Numbered from the stretch's first letter, positions 9,231 through 18,401 are shown. The stretch is DNA of 28,614 nucleotides from an uncultured Planctomycetia bacterium (GCA_964415105.1 CAYPYT010000002.1:1-28614), one strand, 5' to 3'. Notes: generated from the letters alone by a model not told the origin. Program-made: numbers and translations.

Positions 9231-9395
9231 AAAATAATGTTTCATAATCTGGGACTGAATATATTCACTTTTGATTATCGCGGTTACGGGAATAATTCCG
9301 GCACGCCGCGAGAGGCGGGGTTATATAAAGACATTGCCGCCGCGTATACTTATCTTACCAAAACACACCTTTTTATTTTATTTTGCAGAACTTGA
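9231..9395 (+). pseudogene. Internal fragment of an alpha/beta hydrolase (ABHD13/BEM46-like)
   Basis: Hand translation MFHNLGLNIFTFDYRGYGNNSGTPREAGLYKDIAAAYTYL has the DYRGYGxSxG.P.E.GLY.D motif. In-frame stops at 9228 and 9393; no catalytic Ser region. Confidence 0.7.
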
Positions 9396-9514
9396 CAAAG
9401 TTGCTTTAATCGTGTATATTTATATATATTGTTCGTCTATTGCTGAACAATCGAATAGTCAATGTTCCGTTACAGAAGAACGTTACGGTTGGCATGTTCG
9501 CTCAATAGCGAACA
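9392..9514 (+). promoter_or_regulatory. Sigma70 promoter plus three palindromic operators of mobile mystery protein A
   Basis: TTGACA(9392)-N17-TATATT(9415). TGTTC-N10-GAAC(A/G) at 9430, 9463 and 9495. Confidence 0.7.
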
Positions 9515-9532
9515 AAATTAAGGAGTTTGACC

Positions 9533-10000
9533 ATGAAAATACAGAATAGAGCATTGATCATAGAACAGTTGGATAGTAAATTGCAAAAATATAAACTATT
9601 AAAAGATATTGGCATCCCTCAAAAAGGATGGATTCGCGCCATTAGAGATGCTCTGAATATGAATTGTAGACAATTTGCTCAACGTCTAAAAATAAAAAGC
9701 CGCGGCAGGATCATTGATCTGGAGCATAGCGAAATCACCGGCGCTGTAACAATTAAAACCATGCGACACACCGCTCAAGCATTAGATTGCGTATTTGTAT
9801 ATGGTTTAATCCCGCGTATAAGCCTGAAAGATACCATTAGGAAACAAGCTGAAAATGCGGCGAAACAAAAAACATCAAAAACAACACATACAATGCTATT
9901 GGAAGATCAACAGCTCACCACTCGTGAAGAAAAAAAAACATACACATCCATGGTAGATGAATTAATCAGGAATATGCCAAAAACTCTTTGGGATCAATAA
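9533..10000 (+). CDS. Mobile mystery protein A (XRE-family HTH)
   Basis: P.KGWIRAIRDALNM...QFA.RL, E.SE..GA.TIKTMR..AQALDC.FVY.LIP and C-terminal P..LWD. AGGAG RBS 7 nt before ATG 9533. Confidence 0.88.
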   Translation: MKIQNRALIIEQLDSKLQKYKLLKDIGIPQKGWIRAIRDALNMNCRQFAQRLKIKSRGRIIDLEHSEITGAVTIKTMRHTAQALDCVFVYGLIPRISLKDTIRKQAENAAKQKTSKTTHTMLLEDQQLTTREEKKTYTSMVDELIRNMPKTLWDQ

Positions 10001-10001
10001 T

Positions 10002-10031
10002 ATGAAGCTTATATATCCGGAAGGAGCAACC
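10002..10031 (+). pseudogene. 10-codon stub of mobile mystery protein B (Fic family)
   Basis: MKLIYPEGAT starts 1 nt after the protein A stop and matches the usual protein B start (Y.EGATP). The sequence then loses similarity; no Fic motif. Confidence 0.65.
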
Positions 10032-10041
10032 CGAAAACAAG

Positions 10042-10074
10042 TCCCCCCTTTGAAAAAGGGGGTTAGGGAGATTT
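10042..10074. repeat. CCCCCTTT-N3-AAAGGGGG type palindromic repeat
   Basis: TCCCCCCTTTGAAAAAGGGGGTTAGGGAGATTT, directly 3' of the recQ stop. May also act as a terminator. Confidence 0.55.
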
Positions 10075-10076
10075 GG

Positions 10077-11996
10077 CTATCCCGTATGGTTCAGAACCCA
10101 TGCTTCCACTTCTTTGTATGGATATTTGCCTAGCACACCAAATTCGGGTAGTTTCTTCGCACGCAATTTCGTTAATACCGGTGAATTCACTCCACACAAA
10201 AATCTTGTTATTGTTGCGTCGGATAAGTTGGAATTTTTTGCGCAATCGAAGACATTTTTAGTGATCTCTTTGAACTCATATTCGAATAAAGGCCGTAGCC
10301 GTATAGTCGCCGCAACACTAGCCGGGCCTTCTTCACACACAGAACAATGCCCGCATACCTTTTGGATATCTTCACCAAAATGCATTGAAAGCCTGCTGTT
10401 TAGACATGAGCCGCTTTCAAAAAAATCAATCATATCATGAATCCGCTTTATCTCACTTTTCTCTTTTTCTTTGACCAAGATAAAAAGATCTTCACTTACC
10501 GCGTCAACATTAAAATCACTGTTGACAATATCGTACACTTCAACTGATTGCGCCGCGCGCAATTCGAGCCATCCCTTTTCTTCAAAATATTCCAACGCTT
10601 TTATAACACGTTCCCTCGGCGGACCATATTCTGCCATAACCGATTCCATATCAACCATCGTCCAGGTTTTCGCGGTGGTGGAATATTTGAAAATTGTCTG
10701 AACAAACTTCTTTCTGTCCCCGTCAAACCTGTTAATTATGTTTCGCGGGTCATCGATAAATTTGAAAGTGTATTTCTCGAAATATATGTATTTCGGCCTG
10801 AGGATTCCCTTCATTTCTAAATATACAAACAGTGTTTTCAACGGCAATATCCTGATATCTGTTTCAAAAGATAACGAATACATTTTTATTTCCAGTTTTT
10901 CGGATTGCTTTGATTTTATTATCTTCAAAAGTTTCCGGATTGCCGTTTTTGCGGGGGTATCCCCATAAATAAAATTTTCTAAAACCTGAATATTGTCCCT
11001 ATTCGCCAAAACTTCGCAGAATGAGGGTTCCCCGTCTCTGCCGGATCTCCCTATTTCCTGGCTGTAGCCCTCTATTGATTTCGGAAGGTCATAATGGACA
11101 ACTCTCCTGATGTCTTTTTTGTCAATACCCATTCCAAAAGCTATCGTCGCCGCGACAACCGGAACTTTCCCCTCCATAAACTTATTCTGAATTTCTTCCC
11201 TTTCCGAATTTTGCAATCCGGCATGATAAGGCATAGCCCTGACACCGTTAGAATTCAACATTTCAGCAACTTTTTCAGCGGTTTTTTGTAGCGTCACATA
11301 AATTATCGTGGAGACATCAGCATTTTTCTTGATTCTGCTTAACAGCACGGAGTCTTTTTCATTTTCACTAACGGGTGAAACCCGGAGAAAAAGATTCTTA
11401 CGATAAAAACCCGTCATAACCACATTCCGTCCGGGAACATTAAATTTCGCGCATATATCATCCCGAACACGCGGTACTGCCGTCGCTGTTAAAAGAAGTG
11501 TCTGGCTGATCCCGAACTCTTCTTTGTAAAAAGGAATCTTCAAATATTCCGGACGAAAATTGTGTCCCCACTCCGAAATACAATGCGCCTCATCAACAAC
11601 AAGCAGTGATATTTTCATCCCTTTAAGCTGAATCCTAAAACGTTCATTCTTAAACCGCTCAACGGATATCATGAGTATTTTCAAAGATCCCTCTCTCGCC
11701 TTCACGAGAACATCATTATATTCTTTCCTATCCATCGTTGAATCCAGTTTCGCGGCGGGGATATTTTTTCGCGACAAAAAATCAAGTTGATCTTTCATTA
11801 AAGAAAGCAGAGGGGAAACCACTAAAGTTATCCCGGGCAGAAGAAGCGCGGGCAATTGATAACACAAGGACTTACCGCCTCCGGTAGGAAATATAGCAAG
11901 GGCGGACTGTCCGGCAAGAAGCAGTTCCATCACTTCTTTCTGCCCTTTCAAAAAGTCACGAAATCCGAAATATTTATGTAAGTTGTTTTTGATCAG
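10077..11996 (-). CDS. recQ: RecQ-family ATP-dependent DNA helicase
   Basis: PTGGGKSLCYQL, DEAHCISEWGHNFRP.Y, ATIAFGMGIDK, QEIGRSGRDG and the Zn-binding C...C.HCS.C. The ORF track starts at 11951, but RecQ-like sequence continues in frame to CTG at 11996. Confidence 0.93.
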   Translation of the reverse strand: MIKNNLHKYFGFRDFLKGQKEVMELLLAGQSALAIFPTGGGKSLCYQLPALLLPGITLVVSPLLSLMKDQLDFLSRKNIPAAKLDSTMDRKEYNDVLVKAREGSLKILMISVERFKNERFRIQLKGMKISLLVVDEAHCISEWGHNFRPEYLKIPFYKEEFGISQTLLLTATAVPRVRDDICAKFNVPGRNVVMTGFYRKNLFLRVSPVSENEKDSVLLSRIKKNADVSTIIYVTLQKTAEKVAEMLNSNGVRAMPYHAGLQNSEREEIQNKFMEGKVPVVAATIAFGMGIDKKDIRRVVHYDLPKSIEGYSQEIGRSGRDGEPSFCEVLANRDNIQVLENFIYGDTPAKTAIRKLLKIIKSKQSEKLEIKMYSLSFETDIRILPLKTLFVYLEMKGILRPKYIYFEKYTFKFIDDPRNIINRFDGDRKKFVQTIFKYSTTAKTWTMVDMESVMAEYGPPRERVIKALEYFEEKGWLELRAAQSVEVYDIVNSDFNVDAVSEDLFILVKEKEKSEIKRIHDMIDFFESGSCLNSRLSMHFGEDIQKVCGHCSVCEEGPASVAATIRLRPLFEYEFKEITKNVFDCAKNSNLSDATITRFLCGVNSPVLTKLRAKKLPEFGVLGKYPYKEVEAWVLNHTG

Positions 11997-12448
11997 TTAC
12001 CTCCCGAAATAAACTTTTTCTCCCGCCGCACTTCCACCTCGGAACTGCCGCTATAAATTGTCTCCCTTATTACACGATTAGTAATGTCATCGATATACAT
12101 CCTCAATGTTTCATTTAATTCTTGAAATTCCGGCCAAAGTATCTCGTCAACAAAACTTTTCGAAACCAGCGCCATAATCGTTGTATGTTTTTGGCCGCTG
12201 TAACGGTATGCCTCAAACCCATACCGTCGGCATAATGAAACAAAAAGCCGCCGCGACCACATATCTCCAAAGCTGAATTTAAATTCAACAGGAGGATCAA
12301 TTTTACGTATCTTTCGCAAACGAATCCGGATCCGGTCTAACGCGTTTTTTGCCGCTATCTTTTCGCCTTCAAAGTTGGTTCCGGCAAACAACGCCTCTAC
12401 ACGTTTTAGTTTCCCGATCAATGCCCTTTCCTCATCGTAATAATTCAA
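11993..12448 (-). CDS. Conserved hypothetical protein
   Basis: 151 aa, globular composition; stop overlaps the probable recQ start. Start codon uncertain. Confidence 0.7.
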   Translation of the reverse strand: MNYYDEERALIGKLKRVEALFAGTNFEGEKIAAKNALDRIRIRLRKIRKIDPPVEFKFSFGDMWSRRLFVSLCRRYGFEAYRYSGQKHTTIMALVSKSFVDEILWPEFQELNETLRMYIDDITNRVIRETIYSGSSEVEVRREKKFISGGN

Positions 12449-12709
12449 AAAAATCGCGTTTCCCCAAATATCAAGATATCATCCAATTCGGTATCAACCG
12501 AATAGTTTACCATCTCCTTTTCTACCATGAAAAAATGTTATTCTTCGGTAGAATATATCTTGATGATTTTACCGGAAGCATAGTAGTGTCAAGAGGCAGA
12601 GTTACCAACTTATCCACAGTATTAACAAAGAAAAAACACTACTCCTGCTGTAATCGAGAACACTCCTTCCCTCTCCCAAAACATCAACCTCGTAGGTTGG
12701 TGGTAAAAT

Positions 12710-13123
12710 TTATATATCAAACACTACCGCGGCTTCATATCCAATGATTGTTTTTTTTATTTTCATATCATAACAATCCGCGGCTTTTATTCCTAATTTT
12801 ATCCTGTCGTCATCCTCTATTTTCTGGCCTTTCGCTTCCGCGAGGAGTTTATTTTTATCTAAACTCAGCACTTTAAATTCAAAAAACAGCACACTTTTTT
12901 CATTTGCCGCGCATAAAACTTTATTAAGCCACGCCATCAGAAGGCTTTCCGTGTCGGAGGCTTCCACTTCTATTCGCTCCGCGTTTGTGCCCGTCAATCC
13001 TTTAAGATCCGCCATTAGATCAAACATCGCGTATGCCGCGTTCTCAAAAAGTTCAGGCTCAGTATAACCATGAATTAAGGCGGCAACATCTTCCATGTGC
13101 GGAATTTGTTTATATTTTCCCAT
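12710..13123 (-). CDS. Archease
   Basis: 137 aa with N-terminal H-x-x-D, ELFENAAYAMF, L..WLN, IKA and C-terminal VFDI. Confidence 0.88.
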   Translation of the reverse strand: MGKYKQIPHMEDVAALIHGYTEPELFENAAYAMFDLMADLKGLTGTNAERIEVEASDTESLLMAWLNKVLCAANEKSVLFFEFKVLSLDKNKLLAEAKGQKIEDDDRIKLGIKAADCYDMKIKKTIIGYEAAVVFDI

Positions 13124-13148
13124 ACAGTTTCCTCTTTTTACTTTTCTC

Positions 13149-14213
13149 TCAAAACCATTTTTTCCGTTTAAATACCGCCAGCAACAAAATTCCTATTGTA
13201 AACATTAAGCCTAAAACTATAAAATACCCATACTTCCACTCCAATTCCGGCATATATTTAAAATTCATACCATAAATCCCGGCAACAAATGTAAGCGGAA
13301 TAAATATAGCGGCGAAAATCGTCAGAACTTTCATCACTTCATTCATTTTATTGCTTAGGCTTGAAAGGTAAATATCAAGCAGACCTGAAATTAAATCACG
13401 AAAAGCTTCTATCGCGTCAATAACCTGAATCGCGTGATCGTACACATCTCTTAGGTATATCACGGTAGCTTTTTTAATTATAGGGGATTCACCCCTCGTT
13501 AGCGCGCTGATAGTTTCACGTAAAGGCCAGATCGCTTTACGAAGGAAAATGGCGTCTCTTTTAAGATTTTGAAGCGTCTGTAGTATTCTGGGGGAAGGCC
13601 TTTTCAGAAGGTTTTCTTCTATTTTCTCTATTTTTTCACCCAGCTCTTCAATAATTGAAAAATAGTTATCGACTATCGCGTCCATAAGAGCGTAAGCTAA
13701 GTAATCCGCTCCTTTCTGCCTAACGCGACCCTTATCCGTTCTTATTCTTTCCCTAATCGTTTCAAAAACATCACCCGTCCGCTCTTGAAACGAAATAACG
13801 AAATTTTCTCCGACGATTAAACTAACTTGTTCGGCTAAAATTTCGGAAGTATTACCTCCCTTGTAGAGCATTTTAATAACTAAGAAAAAATATTTACCGA
13901 AATCCTCAAATTTGGGACGCTGAGAGGTATTCATTATGTCTTCTAAAACAAGCGGATGAATTTCAAATTTATCCCCGATTTTTTTAATAACATCAACATT
14001 ATGAACCCCATCTATATTGAACCAGTTGACCGATGCCTCTTTTTTGACAGAAAGACATTCATCCGCGTTTTTCTCTTCTTTTTCCTGAAAAGAATCAGCG
14101 TTATAACTAAACACCGTACACTTTATATCATGCGCTCTTTTTTCTCCCACATGCACAAGAGTGCCGGGAACCATTCCGGTTTTTTTTGATACTTCTTTAA
14201 TGAATTTTGCCAT
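13149..14213 (-). CDS. corA: Magnesium/cobalt transporter CorA
   Basis: HPLVLEDI....QRPKFE, KMNEVMKVLT and the GMN motif (AGIYGMNF..MPEL). ATG 14213 has an RBS, so it is preferred over 14252. Confidence 0.95.
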   Translation of the reverse strand: MAKFIKEVSKKTGMVPGTLVHVGEKRAHDIKCTVFSYNADSFQEKEEKNADECLSVKKEASVNWFNIDGVHNVDVIKKIGDKFEIHPLVLEDIMNTSQRPKFEDFGKYFFLVIKMLYKGGNTSEILAEQVSLIVGENFVISFQERTGDVFETIRERIRTDKGRVRQKGADYLAYALMDAIVDNYFSIIEELGEKIEKIEENLLKRPSPRILQTLQNLKRDAIFLRKAIWPLRETISALTRGESPIIKKATVIYLRDVYDHAIQVIDAIEAFRDLISGLLDIYLSSLSNKMNEVMKVLTIFAAIFIPLTFVAGIYGMNFKYMPELEWKYGYFIVLGLMFTIGILLLAVFKRKKWF

Positions 14214-14369
14214 TTCTCCCCCCGAGTAATACGCGTTTATCTTACCAAACACACTTTTAACTATATCTAATCCTGAAGTTTAAATCAATTCTTTTCTGTA
14301 TATTACCAAAACTACCAAAAAAAACATATTTCCTTGATTTTTTGCTTCGTATTTTGCGAAACTCTATCG

Positions 14370-15029
14370 TCAAAAAGATACGCTTGCTTTAACGCCTATC
14401 ACATTATTGTATGTCCAATTTTTATCTTTTTTATTCAATTCCCACAGATAAAAAATATCTGTTTTGAGATATTTTAACAATTCCGCGTTTATCCCGCTAT
14501 ATAAACGATTACGGGTAAGCCTCTCTCCATGAAAATCCAAAAAAACTTCATCCGCCAAATACGGCTGAATATCAAATTTTGTCCATTTCCAGGGAAACAT
14601 AAGAGAAAATTTGTTCCTATACCTCCATTTATCCTCTTTGTCTTCAGGACAACGCAACTCAAATCTGTTTCTATCCGATATTGTTATTCCCTGACACTTC
14701 CCCTTAAAAGTAATATTGCCATGGGGACGGTTTTCCTGTTTCCATTCTCCGTCTTTCTTTTCGCTTACTTGCCGGTAATTTAATCCAAAATCAAGCCCCT
14801 CTGTCACATTATAAGAAACACCGATGTCCGTGTGCAGATAATAGCGCTCCATCATATCCCCGCCAAGTCTTAACTCTTCTTCAACTTTCAGTTTCAATTT
14901 TTCGTTAACCTTTTTTTCTACACTTTCCGTATTCCAAAACTGTAAATCTCCGTTTTCAAAAGCAAAAGCTGATATCGCGATTGCCGCGTTTATGCCTATA
15001 AATAAAATTGTTAGCGCTATTTTTTTCAT
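14370..15029 (-). CDS. DUF2490-like outer-membrane beta-barrel protein
   Basis: Signal peptide from ATG 15029 (MKKIALTILFIGINAAIAISAFA); ENRP, RNRFELR, RYRNK, RNRLYSG; alternating beta pattern and terminal Phe. Confidence 0.75.
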   Translation of the reverse strand: MKKIALTILFIGINAAIAISAFAFENGDLQFWNTESVEKKVNEKLKLKVEEELRLGGDMMERYYLHTDIGVSYNVTEGLDFGLNYRQVSEKKDGEWKQENRPHGNITFKGKCQGITISDRNRFELRCPEDKEDKWRYRNKFSLMFPWKWTKFDIQPYLADEVFLDFHGERLTRNRLYSGINAELLKYLKTDIFYLWELNKKDKNWTYNNVIGVKASVSF

Positions 15030-15085
15030 TTTCCCCTTTTCCATATTTCCCGTTTCCACCCTTTAATTTCCCTTTCTACCTCTTC

Positions 15086-15179
15086 GTAGGGGCGGACCCA
15101 TGTGTCCGCCCTTTTCTCTTTTCTTTTTTATTTTTTCTTTATCCGTATTATAAGGGCGCACACACGGGTGCGCCCCTAC
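15086..15179. repeat. GTAG-type REP doublet (REPIN)
   Basis: GTAGGGGCGGACCCATGTGTCCGCCC (15086-15111) and an inverted copy at 15154-15179 that reads GTAGGGGCGCACCCGTGTGTGCGCCC on the minus strand. Confidence 0.85.
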
Positions 15180-16858
15180 GGCATTAAAAGGGGCGAAACG
15201 CCCCGACCCTGCCATTTCATTTCTCCCATTACTCCCTGCGCGATATTTGTTAGATGATCACCTATCTTTTCAAAATTATCCACCAAATCAATAAAAATGA
15301 ATCCGGATCTCAAATTACATTTGCCTTTATTCAGCCGATTAACATGTTTTTTCTTCAGTTTTTTTTGTAAATTATTTATAATTGTTTCGTGCGTTAAAAC
15401 CCGCTCCGCTTTTTTAATATCATTATTCATTAGAGCATCTTTAGTATCCGACATCATTGCTCTGAGCTCTTTCCACATACCGTCTAATTCTTTATTCGCT
15501 TCGTCTGAACAAGAAAGCTTTTCATCTTTTTTTCTTTCACATAGTTCAGCGACATTTTCGGAATGGTCCCCTATCCTTTCGATATCATTAACACTGTGAA
15601 TCAGCACCGGAAGTTCTTCCGCTTCTTCGGGCGGAATTTCGCGTTCTGAAAGCTCAACCAGGTATTGGGTTATTTCCGACTGAAGCCCATCCACAATTTG
15701 CTCTAAATTCGAAACTGTCCTCAAAGGGCTTATATCGTTACTAAAGAAAGCTTTTACGGCGGCGGAAACGCCTTCGCACGCTAAATCCAGCATGCGCACA
15801 CTCTCCATCCGAGCCTGCCGCATAGCTATCGGCGGGGTATCTAATAAATGTTTTTCTAAATACTGAGCGCCCATCTCAAGTGAATCTTTACTCTTTGGAA
15901 CCATCCAAATGCTGAGTTTTTCAAGAAATCCTATAAAAGGTAAAAACACTACGGCATTAAGCACATTAAACATACTATGGGCAACCGCGATATAAAACAT
16001 TACGTTTTGTGTGGTTAATTCGCCCGGAATTATAAAGTTAATTCCCTTAATAAACCAGCCGGTATATACGAAGAAAAGCATATACGCTACACCTATTACG
16101 TTAAACAATGTATGCGCCATAGCCGCGCGGCGGGCATTTAGATTGGTGCCTATCGCGGCTAATTGCGCGGTAATGGTTGTTCCGATATTGTCGCCAAGCA
16201 ATATCGGAATAGCCTCGGGAAACGTTATAAGTCCGTTAAACGCTAAAACCTGTACTATCGCGATAGTAGCGCTTGAACTTTGCAAGAGTACCGTAAAAAT
16301 AATTCCGACCAAAACCCCAAGCAGGGGATTATTGCTGAAAATAACGAACATATTCTCAATATGCGGGTTTTGCTTTAAAGGCTCAAAAGCATCTTTTAGA
16401 AATGAAAGTCCCATAAAAAGCATGCCGAACCCCATAAGTACCTGTCCCCAAAACCTTATATTTCGGGTTCTTCCTATCTGCATTATGCCGAATCCCACAC
16501 CAATGGCCGGAAGAGCATAATTGGTAATTTTAAAAACCCCCATAGATGCAACCAGCCATGCTGTAAACGTCGTCCCGATGTTAGCGCCGATGATAACACT
16601 AATGGCCTGTTTCAAAACCAATAATCCCGCGTTGACAAACCCTACTACCATAACAGTAGTCGCGCTGGAAGACTGGATCAAACACGTTACGCCGGCTCCC
16701 ACTAAAACACCTACCACAGAAATCCTGGTCGCCATGTGAAGAATGCTTTTTATTCTTTCGCCGGCTATTTTTTTCAATCCTTTCGACATAAACTGCATGC
16801 CGAAAAAGAAAAACCCAAGCCCTCCAAGTAAATTGAAAATTAGGTCTCTTATACACAT
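15176..16858 (-). CDS. Na/Pi cotransporter family protein with C-terminal PhoU-like domain
   Basis: Two QSSS repeats (IQSSSATT, LQSSSATI), GANIGTT/GDNIGTT, and C-terminal DIERIGDH / FEKIGDHLTNI. Confidence 0.93.
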   Translation of the reverse strand: MCIRDLIFNLLGGLGFFFFGMQFMSKGLKKIAGERIKSILHMATRISVVGVLVGAGVTCLIQSSSATTVMVVGFVNAGLLVLKQAISVIIGANIGTTFTAWLVASMGVFKITNYALPAIGVGFGIMQIGRTRNIRFWGQVLMGFGMLFMGLSFLKDAFEPLKQNPHIENMFVIFSNNPLLGVLVGIIFTVLLQSSSATIAIVQVLAFNGLITFPEAIPILLGDNIGTTITAQLAAIGTNLNARRAAMAHTLFNVIGVAYMLFFVYTGWFIKGINFIIPGELTTQNVMFYIAVAHSMFNVLNAVVFLPFIGFLEKLSIWMVPKSKDSLEMGAQYLEKHLLDTPPIAMRQARMESVRMLDLACEGVSAAVKAFFSNDISPLRTVSNLEQIVDGLQSEITQYLVELSEREIPPEEAEELPVLIHSVNDIERIGDHSENVAELCERKKDEKLSCSDEANKELDGMWKELRAMMSDTKDALMNNDIKKAERVLTHETIINNLQKKLKKKHVNRLNKGKCNLRSGFIFIDLVDNFEKIGDHLTNIAQGVMGEMKWQGRGVSPLLMP

Positions 16859-16900
16859 TTTGGTTCCTCCTGAGGAGTTTTCTTTTAGATACTCAGAAGC

Positions 16901-16955
16901 AGTTTATATTTTTCGTGTGAATAAATGATGAAGGAAATGTGAAGATTTGATGAAG
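16901..16955 (-). promoter_or_regulatory. Pho-box-like tandem repeats plus -10 element upstream of the Na/Pi cotransporter
   Basis: CTTCAT / CTTCAC / CTTCAT / ATTCAC at exact 11-bp period (16950, 16939, 16928, 16917), then TAAACT 10 nt downstream. Confidence 0.65.
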
Positions 16956-16977
16956 AATAATCCGTTTTTTTTTAGCC

Positions 16978-18399
16978 TTATTTGGGAAATATCATTGTAA
17001 TTTTTGTACCTTTTCCGACCTCGCTGGCTATTTGAATATCTCCTTTCTGAAGTTTTATAATATGTTTTACTATCGCCAGACCCAGCCCCGTCCCGCCGGC
17101 TTCACGGGAACGCGCTTTATCTACCCTGTAAAACCTTTCAAAAACACGACCCAAATGTTCTTTAGATATACCTATGCCGTTATCTTCGATTGTAGTGACA
17201 AGATTCGAGCCTACATCAAAAATAGAAACTTTAATCTGTCCTTGAGTGCCGGTATACTTAACAGCGTTATCGATCAAATTTATTAAAACTTGCGCGATTT
17301 TTTCCCTATCTCCTCTCAGAAAGAAATCGTCCCCTTTATAATCTATGTTCAACACCTGTTTTTTCAAAGAAAGCACATTGTTGAATTCGGAAATAACTTC
17401 ATCCAGCAAATATCTTATGTCAAATTTAGTCTGCTCCGCCTTTTTTTCTGAATGCTCTATCTCTGTAAGCGTAAGCAGATCATTCACAATATTATTAAGC
17501 CGCTCCGTATGTTTTCTTATTATTCCCAAAAACTTTTTGGCGTTTTTTTTGTCGTTAATCGCACCGTCTTCAAGTGTTTCAATAAACCCTTGTATTGAGG
17601 TAAGCGGAGTTTTTAATTCGTGCGACACATTCGCGACAAAATCTGTTCTGATTTTATCCATCTTTTTTAAGTTGTCTATCTTGTGTTCCAGCTCATCAGC
17701 CATAAGATTGAACGAATCCGCTAATTCTTCCAATTCGTTGTTTGTTTTGATCTTCACCCTTTTAGTCAAATCCCCTTCCGCGATGCTTCGCGCCATATCA
17801 TTCATATTGCGAAAGGGTAAACTTATTTTCCGGGAAATAAAATATCCTATGGCCAAAGTTATTATGATCGCCATAAAACCGCCTAAAGCGAAAACTCGGC
17901 GAATAAATCCCACCTCTTTCCGGATATCCACAAGAGGAACGGCCACACGAATAACACCTTCTTCTCGACCGTCTTCAATTACAGGCAGAGCGATATACTT
18001 CATGTAAAACTTAAGAGTTTCACTATACCGAGTACTCTCCCCGATACCTTTTTCGTACGCGGCAACGATTTCTTCCCTATCTACATGGTTTTCCATCAAA
18101 TCAGAGATTGTTTCGGAATCGCATACCACCCTGCCGCTTTTGTCTATAACACTGATCCTTAAGTTCAATAATCCGGAAAGTTCTTCGGTTTTGCTCTGAA
18201 TAACGTTATATTTCTTTTCAATCAGATCCTTTTTCATGATGTTTCTTACCAGCAGTAAATTGCTCGTTAATTTGCCGGATATTTTTTCTTCATAATATTT
18301 TTCGATACGCGCGGTAACTGAAAAACTTAAAACAAATATCGCGACTAATATCAGGAATATTTCCGCGCCCAAAATTTTCCATATTATTTTAATACGCAT
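16978..18399 (-). CDS. phoR: Sensor histidine kinase, PhoR-like (HAMP, HisKA, HATPase)
   Basis: Two TM segments, DFVANVSHELKTPLTSI, NLIDNAVKY, FERFYRVDKARSRE.GGTGLGLAIVKH. Confidence 0.85.
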   Translation of the reverse strand: MRIKIIWKILGAEIFLILVAIFVLSFSVTARIEKYYEEKISGKLTSNLLLVRNIMKKDLIEKKYNVIQSKTEELSGLLNLRISVIDKSGRVVCDSETISDLMENHVDREEIVAAYEKGIGESTRYSETLKFYMKYIALPVIEDGREEGVIRVAVPLVDIRKEVGFIRRVFALGGFMAIIITLAIGYFISRKISLPFRNMNDMARSIAEGDLTKRVKIKTNNELEELADSFNLMADELEHKIDNLKKMDKIRTDFVANVSHELKTPLTSIQGFIETLEDGAINDKKNAKKFLGIIRKHTERLNNIVNDLLTLTEIEHSEKKAEQTKFDIRYLLDEVISEFNNVLSLKKQVLNIDYKGDDFFLRGDREKIAQVLINLIDNAVKYTGTQGQIKVSIFDVGSNLVTTIEDNGIGISKEHLGRVFERFYRVDKARSREAGGTGLGLAIVKHIIKLQKGDIQIASEVGKGTKITMIFPK

Positions 18400-18401
18400 A
18401 T

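Noticed and set aside
12446-12520. Upstream ATG mini-ORF joinable to the 151-aa hypothetical by a +1 change in a T7 run
   Set aside because: No evidence that the extension is homologous to anything, and the mini-ORF has no recognisable features.
12610-12618. Perfect DnaA box TTATCCACA
   Set aside because: A single box is plausible by chance in 28 kb. No box cluster or dnaA context suggests oriC.
9350-14254. Imperfect direct repeat TTATCTTACCAAA(A)CACAC at 9350 and 14237
   Set aside because: A 13-bp exact core plus a gapped extension in AT-rich DNA is within chance expectation, and the enclosed genes do not look like one element.
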